A stretch of 64,000 bases of DNA from Raillietiella orientalis (Eukaryota): assembly GCA_036172245.1 (NCBI GenBank), contig JAYWIR010000021.1, positions 806,001 through 870,000 of the forward strand, in the 5' to 3' direction. Below are positions 52,810 to 64,000 of this stretch, piece by piece. Position numbers and translations under genes: made by a program. The notes beneath the pieces were generated by a model. It did not search any database. It worked only from the letters and a program-made list of their open reading frames with translations, and was not told where the DNA came from. Positions within the stretch are counted from its first letter, which is position 1. Each line of letters begins with the position of its first letter.

Positions 52810-53761
52810 ATGATGGCCCTCAGACTGAAAATCCAAGTAGAAAACGTTATCAAAACCCTGAATTTTGAATCTTCGATGCCTGTTAAAGAAGCGTGTGCAT
52901 TGATTCGGGATAAAATTTCAGATTCAATAAAGAATTTAGGTGAAGGTAAGTAAGTGGCTTCTGTGTAACAGAAGATGCCCTGGTTTTGTGTGATCATGTG
53001 TTTATGAGCTTGTCAATAAATTCCATTGATTAATTTGGGAGACGATTGGGTTCTTTGAAGCAGCCCCCATCGTTCCCAAGAATTCCGTGGCATGCATATC
53101 AAATGTAATGCAGTGTCTATGTAATTTTTTTCAGCTGAGGACTATGGACTTGTTCGAGTAGATGAGGACTTCAAAAAAGGAATATGGTTAGAGCCGGGAA
53201 GAACCTTAGGACATTATCTCCTACGGGATGGGGTGGGTACCATTACTGTGCTTCCATTACTGTCACGAATCTCATGCAAATGTGTTTTCAATATTAAAAC
53301 AGTCGTTAATAGAATTAATTGCTCTTACATATTGCTTCATACAGGGCATGGGCGCCTTTCTTCTCCCTACCATTTGCCCATCACACTTTCATTTTTGTTT
53401 TTATTTGTCTTCATATTTACCGTTGCTTTGATTTCTAGGTAGAAAAGACAAATGTGTATAAGCACTTGTATAGTAAATACGAGCACTTGTATTCTCAGCA
53501 GTTATGGTTCTGTATGTTGTTTCAGTAGTTTTAAGATGGCACATGCTGTTTCAGGTTTTTGCAGCAGATTCATATCCCATTATATGTATACATTCTTGCG
53601 TTCTGGTTTATATTAATATTCTGAACTTTCAGTAATAGTTTGGGGGGGAGGGGGTGAAATTGGAAAAAGGAACTACAGTGTGTGCATCTCTTGATTGCTA
53701 ATTTGCAAAGGATTCCACATGCGAACTTGGTTGTGCTCAAGACCAATTCTTGTTTTTTTTT

Positions 53762-53792
<31 letters not shown>

Positions 53793-56700
53793 TCCTACAT
53801 GATGGAATTTCCTGTAACCACCTGCTAAATTTGTTCTTACGCAATTATTCTCTTTACCTGTTTTACTTCAGTCACTTCATTCCCTAATCAAATGATCAAT
53901 CAGGAGTCAATACTTTTTAGAGAGTTTAAATGGATATTGACAATCTATCAAACGTTTATGTTTTGATGAGTTTTGCACTTTTAAGATAGATATCCTAGAT
54001 GGTTGCTTACTTGATAGTTGCAAAAATGATAATCTCGTTGAACGGAATACTTTAGTATTTCTGGACTCTGCAACAATCGAGTAAAGAGCGCTTCTTAAAT
54101 GTGTTTAAGATTCAGGATGTTAGATACATAGCAGAGCAGCAAAATGATTAAGTCCTTAATGTAATTGTTTTAAATTGTAGGTATTCCTAATTAAAGTATT
54201 TTTTCTTCTTCCCAGGATTTGCTGCAATATCGCCTAAAAATGAGACGTCTGAAAGTTCGTATGATGGACGATTCGACAAAAATGGTATTGGTGGATTATA
54301 GTCAACCAGTAGCTAATATTATGGTAGTCATATGCACAAAGATAGGTAAGGCTTGTGTATTCCTTGAAATTAAATAACACTTCAAGTTCAGGTATCACAA
54401 ATCATGATGAGTATTCTTTAATTCTGGATGATGAGGAAGAACAAGAAAATATGTCATCATATGGAACACTTACGATGAAACGCAAGCAAGAACAGAAAGA
54501 AAAAGATCTAAAAATGGAGAATTTGAAGAAAAAATTAAACACCGATGATGACTGTAAGTACAAGTTAATTCACCAAATAGAGTAAATATTTGGTTATTTG
54601 CTTTAATCTGAGAATTGTCTGTGCCCTCAAATATTTGTCTGAATATTTGTCTGTTCATCATTACAAAAAATGTTAGCATAATGAAGTTTTGGTTGTTTTG
54701 ATGGTAAGTTTTCCGAATAGTTAGAAGAGTTTTTTCCAGTAAATTGGGTGGATCATGCGAAAACGCTGGATGAACAAGGAATTGATGAAAACGTAACAGT
54801 TCTTTTACGGCGAAAATACTTTTTCTCGGATCAGAATATCGATCAAAGGGATCCAGTTCAGCTGAATCTATTGTATGTGCAGTGTAGCAAAGCAATAATT
54901 GCAGGCACTCATCCAGTTACATTGGAAAAGGCTTGTGAATTTGCCGGTCTACAGTGCCAAATTCAATATGGAGATTATCAAGATAAGCAAAAACCTGATG
55001 TAGAGTAAGTTTTGATTGAATTCAACAAAATCGTGCAGTAACACTAGCTAAGTTTAAAGAAATACTTACCTTTATGTTATGTCAAAGTTAAAGGTATTGA
55101 AAAGCAAATATTTAACGAGCATAAGAAACACGTGGGATTGAGCAAAATTGAAGCAAAAGCTAAGTATACCCAATTGGCGCGGTCCTTGAAAACTTATGGA
55201 GTCACCTTTTTTTTGGTGAAGGTAAATATGCTATGCTCCTATGTGTCAGATATTTAGCATTGAGTCTAACAACCAGGAAAAAATGAAAGGGAAAAATAAG
55301 TTGGTTCCACGACTCCTTGGGGTTATGAAAGATTCTGTATTAAGGTTAGATGAAAACACTAAAGAAATTTTGAAAACTTGGCCATTGACCACCGTTCGTC
55401 GTTGGGTTGCATCTCCCCATACATTTACCCTAGATTTTGGTGATTATGCAGATTCGTATTATTCTGTTCAAACCAAGGAGGGTGAGCAGATCGCACAACT
55501 TATATCGGGATATATCGATATTATTCTTAAGAAGGTAAGTTCACCAGCACCCGGCTATGCCTAGCATTGTACGTTTTTTTTTTTGTTTTCTAGAAACAAG
55601 CCAAAGACTACTTTGGAACAGAAGCTGATGAGAGCAGTACTATGCTGGAAGACAATGTTTCTCCTTTGAGGTTAGGAATTTGTCTTAATTTGATAAGCTG
55701 ATTCTAGCCATATAAGCAGAGTTACATTTATACAGCATCATCAAGGTAAAGAAGCTAATAAAGTTGCAACGGATTCCGTCGCGAAACCTGCATTATTACG
55801 TGAAACTGAAGGTGAGAGCAGATGGCTGTAATTGTATTTCACATGATATCTGCAGGAGCCAAAATGTGCACCATAGGTCGAGTTCCAGCCACCAAGTTCG
55901 GAAGCATTCAGGGGCAAGCTAGTTTGGGTCATTCCCCAGATGTGGTGATTATCACACATAGTTGTGTAAATACTTCGGGACGTTTAAAATTACTCTGTTT
56001 AGAACTCACAACATCCACAAGTCACTGATGTTCATGCAGAACCCAAAAAGGCATTAGTGACCACCATTAATACTGGTCATCATGTCATTTCTGAATCTTA
56101 TAATGAATTAGAAAGTCGAATACATTTGCCGGATCTGGGTGTTGATCCAGTAAGATATATCATTGCTTTCATTAGTACATTTAGTGAATTAGATTTCTAA
56201 GAAATGGAAACAGATGTCATTGGATAGCAATAAAGAAATGGTAGCTTCACAGATAAGTGCAATGAATGCAGCAACAGCACAAGTTATCAATTTGACTGAA
56301 GGTATCTAATGGATTTTTTAACGTTGTGTTATACATGGCTATTTTGCAGAGTATTTAGAAGAGGAAGTAGATTATACAGCAGTGGAATCAGCCATCAGCA
56401 CAATTATTACAAATCTGCCGGATATGAACAAAGGAATCAAGATGATTGCGGCCTTAACTGAAGATGATGTCAAAAGCACCACCCTGATTGATGCAGCACG
56501 TACATTATGTAACGCATTTTCTAAATTACTAAAGGCTGTAGAGCCGGAAAGCAAAACGGTACCTTTTTAAATTAATTAATCATGAATACATGTGTTTGCC
56601 ATGAAGCCGCGCATGTCTGTTCTCAATGCTGCTAGTGAGGTTGGAGATGCATCCAGAAGAGTCCTGTATACTGTAAGTGAAGAGAAGATGGCTCTCAATT

Positions 56701-59700
56701 CGGAGGTGAAGCTGTTTAAAAGGGAAAAGGGAATTTTTCAGGATATTTTATTGTAGGTGCGGAACACACTCCTATCTCTTGCGAAAGCAGTTGCCAGTGC
56801 CACTGCAGCACTTGTATTGCAAGCTAAAAATGTTGCTTCACATCTTCAGGATGCTGACGAGCAGCATAGGATAATTAGTGCAACAAGTCAATGTGCTTTG
56901 GGTGCATCTCAATTGGTGGCCTGTGCCAAAGTGGTTACACCAACTGTCAGCAATTCTGAGTGTGAAGAACAGTTAATTAGAGCAGCTAATAGCTGCAGTA
57001 AAGCAGTAGAAAACCTACTGCATGAGTGTCAAAAAACTTGTACAGATAAGCAGCTCCTTCAAGAGCTGACTAAAGCTGCTCAGGATGTGACCTTAGCTGT
57101 TGACAACTTACTGAATCACTTGCAACCGAAAGCATCTGATGCCCAGCAAAACAAGAGCCAACAGATCGTTTTGGAACATATTTTCACTGCTTCAGATAGA
57201 TTAATGGCTTCCACAGGCAATGTCTCAGAAATGGTTCATCAAGCCAAAGTACTGGCACAAGCCACTGCCAACCTTATTCAGGCTATCAAAGGAGAAGCTA
57301 AAGTCCAGGCAGATTCAAAAATTCAGAGACGCCTTCTTATTGCAGCCAAGCAACTAACAGATGCCACTTCTCGTTTGGTGGAAGCAGCCAAATTATGCGA
57401 CTCTAAGCCTGATGATTTTGAAAAACAAATTGCTTTGAAGCAGGCTGCTGAAAGAGTCAAGAATGCTACTAATTTAGCAGCTGGAAGTTGCATTCGAAAG
57501 AAACAGACTCAACAACTAGAGGTATGGAACGGACAAGTTCAATTTTATGAAGGATCTTTGCTTAGAATGCTGCAAGACAAGCAACAGCTGCTGCTACTCA
57601 GTGCATCACTGCGTCACAAAGTATTTCTCCATATAATAACAGTTCTGCTGTCCAAGAACAGTTGGAATATGATTGTACTGTGGTGATTGATGTACTCCCT
57701 GCAATGTTGCAGGCTGTGAAAAATTCAGCTGCCAATCCTGATTCACCAGATGTCCAGCTCAACTTGATCAACCGATCACTAGATCTCATAACGGTAAAAA
57801 AAAATCAATCGATCCCATTGAGAAATCTGAAGCAAAATGTAGGTGGGTGACAAACTGTTGGCATCCCTGCAAATGGCTCATTCCACTATTTCGGAGAAGA
57901 ACATTGCACTTCTTTTATCCAGTACCTTTAATCAGTTTAGTTCTTCTCTTCATGACCTCAATTTAGCAGTAAAGAAAGCACAGGAAACTGTTGATTATTT
58001 AGAAATTGATTCAGCTCTCCTCCTCCTTCAAACTTTGGAAAATGATCTAATAGTAACTGCAGAAGCTTTGGAAAATCACCAACTGAAACGTGTGCCTTCC
58101 GAAAGAGTAAGAAGACTGTGATTAATGTTACCATTAGGTCAATTTTGTAGCTAGAGGAAGCTGCTTCACGGTTACACGCCACTTCCAAAAGTGTAAACTC
58201 TAATATGGCATACCTTTTAACAGTAATTGCAGAGAAAGATGAAAAATGTACTGGCATTGGTATCAAGGATGCAGCCAATTCTTTAAAGTCTTTAGTTGAT
58301 GCAACATGTAATGTGGTTGCTTGCAGTGAAGATCCCAGTGTGCAGCACCGGTATGTTCTTAAACACATATCTTGCTGCAATGTCGATTAGTTTGTGAAGT
58401 CCGAATCAAGATGCTAATTTTTTTTTTTTTGTAGGCTCATCGAAATTGTACACGAGATACTCCAAAAATCACATGATTTATTTGGAGAAGCCAAACAAAT
58501 CATTGCTAATCCAGAGAAGGCTGAAATCCATGATCAGCTTTCTTCTATTGCCAAAGCCCTTTCCCAATCCTTGAATGAATGTACTAATTGTTTGTATGGA
58601 CATAAAAAGATTGAGGAAGTCATCAGAAATATTTCTTGTCATTCCTTCTCAAAAGATAATCACTCTGCAGGCATAAGATACAGGTAATACGATTTTAATA
58701 ATTCAAAACCTGTGTATCCATTTAACTTAGAGACCTGCAAGCAGATTTAAATGATGCAGCATCCCATTTGATAGAGATCGTAAAGGAAGTTGACGAAGTG
58801 GCTCAATCACCAACACGATTATCTCACTTCTCGTATGCTTTCGAGGAATCCTTTAAAGATTTCGCAAGAGTGGTTGATGACATACAGCCTCACTGTGATT
58901 CGCAAGTGCAAGATAGAATCGCATCTTCAATGAAGGCAATATCTTCTGCGTCAGTAAACTTGCTGATGTCGACCAAAGCTGCTGCTGAAAATCCAACATC
59001 ACCTAACTCTAGGAGCCAACTATTAACGACAGCGAAGTCGTTAGTGGACTTCATAAAAGATCTTCTTGGTTTATGTTCATCAATACCCCACCAGAAAGAA
59101 TGTGAAGAGGCCATCAACAAAATGCAAAGTTTGAAGCCCATCATCGAGCATCCTTATAGGAGTCGCAATGCATTTTCCTATTTTGAGTGTTTAGAAACGA
59201 TTTTAGAGAAGTCTCGAGATACAGCCGATGGATCATCTGTTCTCACTAAACATTGCGAAAATTCAGATTTTTCTGAGTTCGGAACCACAGTTTCCTATAT
59301 CAGTGAAGCAGTGTGTGAATTAATTGAAGCATCAGCTCAAGCAGCATACTTTGTAGGCATCTCATATTCAGAAGGCACATCTAAACATGCTAGAAGTGTC
59401 GGATTAGCAAAGTTACTCCAAGCACATAAGGAAATCCAAGAGGGATGCCAGGTTATTTCTGGTCCATATTGTTCGAGACCAAAATTGTTAACAGCAGTAG
59501 CAAATATTGTAGCAGTTACTCGAAAGTTGTGCACTTTTTGCCAAGAAGAAGCCATTCAAACTACTGACATTGGGATTCAGAAGCAATTTGTACAATGTGC
59601 CAAGGCCATCAGTGATGCAACTGCAGTGCTGTTGATGCATGTCAAAGGTTAGTTTGCATTACTACTATACCTGTACTAATCAATGAATCTAGAAGTGGAA

Positions 59701-62700
59701 GAAAGTTTTACAGAGAATAATCGTACACAATGTGCTCATTCTGCTGGCGCTGTTTTATCTGCCGTGGACAGTTTGTGCATGTTTGCAACCTCCCAAAAAC
59801 CTGCAGATGATGTGATAGTGATTTCGACTGAGGGGAAAAAAATGCAAGAGCCGATAATTAAAGCAGGTGTGTCCATCATTGATGGCTGGTGTGCCATGAT
59901 GGAAGCAGCCAACCATCTTGTCACCAATCCCCATAGCCCTGCTACATGGGAAAGTTTGTCTAATCACTCCATGCAAGTGTCAGATTCAATCAAGACATTG
60001 ATATCTACATTGAGGAACCAAGCCCCTGGACAGAAGGAATGTGATGGTGTTATCAAACGAATTCAGGATTTGTTAAGAGATTTAGAGTGTAGTCCCCTGG
60101 GCCCAACAACAGATAATGTGTCTTCACATGGGCTACAAGAAGCAGATCAGCAAATAATGTGCATTGTTAATGAGACGTCTGCGAAAATCGATGATGTGGC
60201 AGAATGTAGTAAGAGAGAAGCTGAGCATTTAGGTTATTCAGTTAATGAGCTCCAAGGATGCATGGAATCCCTGTTTCATATCTGTATTGATCGACTTAAT
60301 GTTATAAAGGACTCCGGAAAGCGCGATCTTTTATTGAATGAAATCAAGAATGTTCTGGAATGTGCTCTTAGATTAGTATCGTTAGCTAAATACAGTGGAG
60401 GAGATTACAAGGCCCAAGCTGTTCATGCAGATGTAGCTGATGCAAGAGAGAATTTGCAAGGTGCTTTAGATCATTTATTGAAAACATTCCAGTCTTCGAC
60501 TGATACGTTGATGGGCAGTGAAAAGATCAGTTGCATTCAAAATGCCATTTCTCAGTTAACTGAGGTCTCCCCAAGCCATATGTACTTGGATGGCTTTGCC
60601 AACTATCAAATGAGACTTGTGTCTACCATCAAGGAAATGGCCTATGCCACTCAAGCTGTCACAACTAATAGTTCTTCTGAACTGTACGTTCTCATTCCAA
60701 AGGTAGTACAGTTATATACGAGAATGATTCCTGATGCCTGTGGTGCAATTGCTTCCGCTTCTGATGAGGAAATTTCTAAAACGGTGTTATCAAACATTCA
60801 AGAACTAGGTCATTCTTGTATTCGCCTGATAAATGTAGGAGAAGATTATTGCAACAATGAAAAAGACGTATTCACCAAAAGGCATCTCCTGGAAGCTTCA
60901 CAGAGTATTTCTTCGAGAATTTCTGCATTGTTAACTGCCTTGCAAGCTGGATCTAGAGGCACACAAGCCTGCATCAATGCAGCCAGCACAGTCTCAGGGA
61001 TAATAGGGGATCTTGATACAACCATCATGTTTGCTACAGCAGGCACTCTCAATGCCGATAACGAAGAAGATTGTTTTGTTATGCATAAGGAAAATATATT
61101 GAAAACTGCCAAAGCACTTGTGGAAGACACAAAAACTTTGGTAGCCGGAGCAGCATCATCTCAAGAACAGCTAGCAGTTGCTGCCCAGAATGCAGTGGCT
61201 ACTATTGTTCAGTTATCAGAAATTGTGAAGTGTGGAGCTGGCTCACTAAGGCCTACAAATACAGAAGCACAGGTAAGATTGGTAATCGATAAATCTAGTT
61301 TTTGTGTACTACATCGTGTGTACTAGGTTCTGTTGCTGAATGCAGTGAAAGATGTTGCTGCAGCTTTAGGAGATTTAATTCAACGAACAAGATTGGCTTC
61401 AGGGAAGAACATCAGTGATCCTGCTATGCAAGATCTTAAAGAATCTGCTAAGGTAATTGATAATGTGTCTGTAGAATTAAGACATCGTTGCAAAAGTTTC
61501 ATTCAGTTTTCATACATTACTTAACTGAGTGGAACTTTCGCAATCTATGAAAACAGGGATGCTTTGCTGAAATGGAATGTGAAAAGCATTTTGTTATGTT
61601 TTGATTGCCGATTTCGTATCTATTAGTCGTGGCTTTCTATTTTTTCTGTGAATTTATTCAAAGTTTTTGATTTTTTTTTTAATCGTACTTTGCAAGCAAC
61701 AATATCTGCTTCAACCAAGTCAGAGTATTGAATTTGCATGTAGAATTACATTTATCCTTGGGAAGAATCGGCAATCAGAATTCAAGTTCGCCATTATTTG
61801 TACTCATATCTTGATTTGCTCTTCTTTTTATTGGTACTATATTCTGCAGGGAACAGGAGACACTCCAGATGAACGTTTGCATCTTCTTACATGGGAGGGA
61901 CAGCAAGTTTGCCCTTTGGTTTCAGCGTGTTGAGGGTTCCAGGCTGGTTCTTAGTCTATCTTTGTTTTATCAGCTATTTTGTGTGCCTTAGCAGTTTTGC
62001 AATAAACATTCTGCCTTTCTACTGGCTCTGATTTTTTTATTAGGTGTGTTTTTGTGTGCATGTGGCCTGCTCAGAGTGGTAGTGGACCACTAATAACCCG
62101 AATGGCTTTCCTCTTTTGTCTACAGAGATGATCAAGTATATGCTTGTATTTATCCTCAGGTTATGGTGACCAACGTCACATCACTGTTAAAGACAGTTAG
62201 GGCTGTGGAAGATGAGCACACTCGTGGTACGCAGGCCTTGGAGTCATCTATGGAAGCCATTTCCCAGGAGATTCGAGTGAGACTGCATATACTTTTTATA
62301 TCAAACTACTATAATATCTCTAGGCCTTTGATTCGATGAGTGGATCAGTGGGGACAATGGCAACAGCAGATGATTTGATCCGAATCACTAAACCTATTAC
62401 AATAGCTACAGCCAAAGCTGTTGCAGCTGGAAATAGTTGCAAGCAAGATGATATGATTGCAGCTGCAAATATGGGACGGAAGGCCGTTTCAGATTTATTG
62501 GCTATTTGCAAAGCAGTTGCATCTACCATAGATGATTACACTATGAGATGTCAGATTATGGAAACTGGACGTCATTGTGCACAAACGTTCCATGATCTTT
62601 TATTACAAGTAATCAAGCCTTCACAAGAAGATAACAAACAGGCATTGACTAATTGTTCTAGAGCTGTAGCAGCTAGTGTAACTCAATTAGTTACTGCAGC

Positions 62701-63902
62701 CCAGCAACTGAGAGGTAAGCATCTCATCAACTGTTCAACTGTGTGAAAGAATAAGTGTTCTCTAGGTTCCACTTGGTTGGATCCGGAGAATCCTGCAGTT
62801 TATGCTGAAAGTGAATTGTTGGGTGTAGCATCCACAATTGATACAGCTGCAGAAAAGCTTAATAGGTTGCATCCTCGACATGTCACATCCCAGGTTAGTC
62901 GGTTGGAGTATGTTTAAAGGTTTGTTCCTGAGCTATGTCCCTGTCTGTTAGATATGTTTGATATTCTTGGTTGTGGATAAAATTCAACCAAGGATCAGAC
63001 ATATTAACACAGCTGGGGGAACCGCAGCAAATAAAGAGCAAGAAATAAAAAGAAAAAAAAAAAAAATTCAAGGGCAATTCTTAGTTAAATATTGTTTTTA
63101 GGAAGCAGGAGATTGGCAGAGTCTCGATGAAATGATACTGGAAGCAGTGAAAAATGTTGCTGCTGCTACAGCCATATTAGTGCGCAATGCTTCATCAGCT
63201 CAACGTGAACTGACTGAATTTGGAAAAGTGGGTACAGCGTGTTCGAAAATAGCAAATGAAGTATACATTTTACAGCTATCCTTGAGACAGCACTGTCTGG
63301 ACGGCCAGTGGTCGGAAGGGTTGATTTCTGCGGCTCAGCTTGTTGCTGCAGCCACGTTTTCTGTTGTTGAGTCAGCCAGTGCTTTTGTGCAAGGTCATTC
63401 AACTGAGGAAAAACTTATATCTACTGCGAAACAAGTTGCCTTGTCAACAGCACAGCTTCTGATGGCGTGCAAAGTGAAAGCCGATCCAGAAAACATTTCC
63501 GTCAAGAGGCTGCAAGAAAGTGGAGCCGCCGTCAGACGAGCAACCGATCACTTGGTGCACGTAGCCCAGCGAGCTCTGGAACGTGAAGACGAACGTAAAT
63601 TGTATGTTACCACCCGTATGGTTGAAGGGATGGCACAGGAGATCGACGCTCGGAGCGAAGTCTTTCGAATAGAGCGCGAACTCGGTGAAGCTCGTTCCAA
63701 GCTGACTGCCATTCAGAAAGCCAAGTATCTGCAGACTGAAAACGGAGACCAACAAGACTCGAGATTCGAAACCACGTTCACTATTAACACTAGTCCGTCC
63801 TTCAATGGACCCATTGTGTCCAAAGTCACCCGAGGTATCACGAAATTTGATAAAAGAATCGATAAGACAATAACCATGTCGAAAATGAATTATGATAGCT
63901 AA
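52810..63902 (+). CDS. TLN1: Talin (FERM head, helical rod, I/LWEQ domain), 27 coding exons, 2585 aa
   Basis: Exons 52810-52945, 53135-53232, 54216-54345, 54392-54553, 54740-55004, 55053-55221, 55277-55534, 55594-55670, 55720-55811, 55856-55944, 56003-56149, 56193-56301, 56350-56558, 56607-56705, 56757-57521, 57566-57793, 57843-58106, 58151-58350, 58435-58683, 58731-59647, 59693-61272, 61327-61452, 62160-62276, 62324-62714, 62766-62893, 63102-63227, 63276-63902 sum to 7758 nt. Motifs YGVTFFLVKEKMKGKNKLVPRLLG, GEQIAQLISGYIDIILKK, GSRGTQACINAASTVSGIIGDLDTTIMFATAGTL, DGQWSEGLISAA. Confidence 0.97.
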
Positions 63903-63945
63903 GAGTGATCGGTGCTATATTTTTGATTAAGTGGCCTTATTCTGC

Positions 63946-63951
63946 AATAAA
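63946..63951 (+). promoter_or_regulatory. Polyadenylation signal of talin
   Basis: AATAAA 44 nt after the TAA stop. Confidence 0.6.
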
Positions 63952-64000
63952 TACAAATGCTTTTTCATTGAAGCATGTTAAAGAAACTAAAATCTACCTC

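Noticed and set aside
1..64000. CRISPR arrays, tRNA/rRNA/snRNA genes, U12 or non-GT-AG introns, intact LTR pairs
   Set aside because: None recognised by eye, and all reconstructed introns are GT-AG. A covariance-model scan and a self-alignment were not run, so weak cases could be missed.

Overview
Eukaryotic (animal, probably arthropod-like) genomic DNA. Four spliced genes were reconstructed by hand: LHFPL2-like tetraspan (- strand, runs off the left edge), cyclin H (+), LMAN1/ERGIC-53 (+) and a full-length talin (+, 27 coding exons, 2585 aa). Most DNA between genes and in the long introns is decayed retroelement sequence: L1/Tx1-type LINE ORF2 fossils at about 1.6-26.5 kb and Ty3/gypsy pol fossils at about 30-51.5 kb, plus two MITEs and many simple repeats. 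The most unusual signal is intron architecture. Most introns are 43-59 nt, often with no polypyrimidine tract, while nearly all longer introns examined carry nested or tandem inverted repeats. Their mismatches are mostly G-U on the sense strand, and folding leaves an unpaired length close to the short-intron size. This suggests splicing by a short length ruler assisted by RNA fold-back, which is an inference not yet tested computationally. There is also a steep kilobase-scale GC/CpG mosaic. All assignments come from reading motifs by eye; no searches or folding programs were run, and TE boundaries are approximate.
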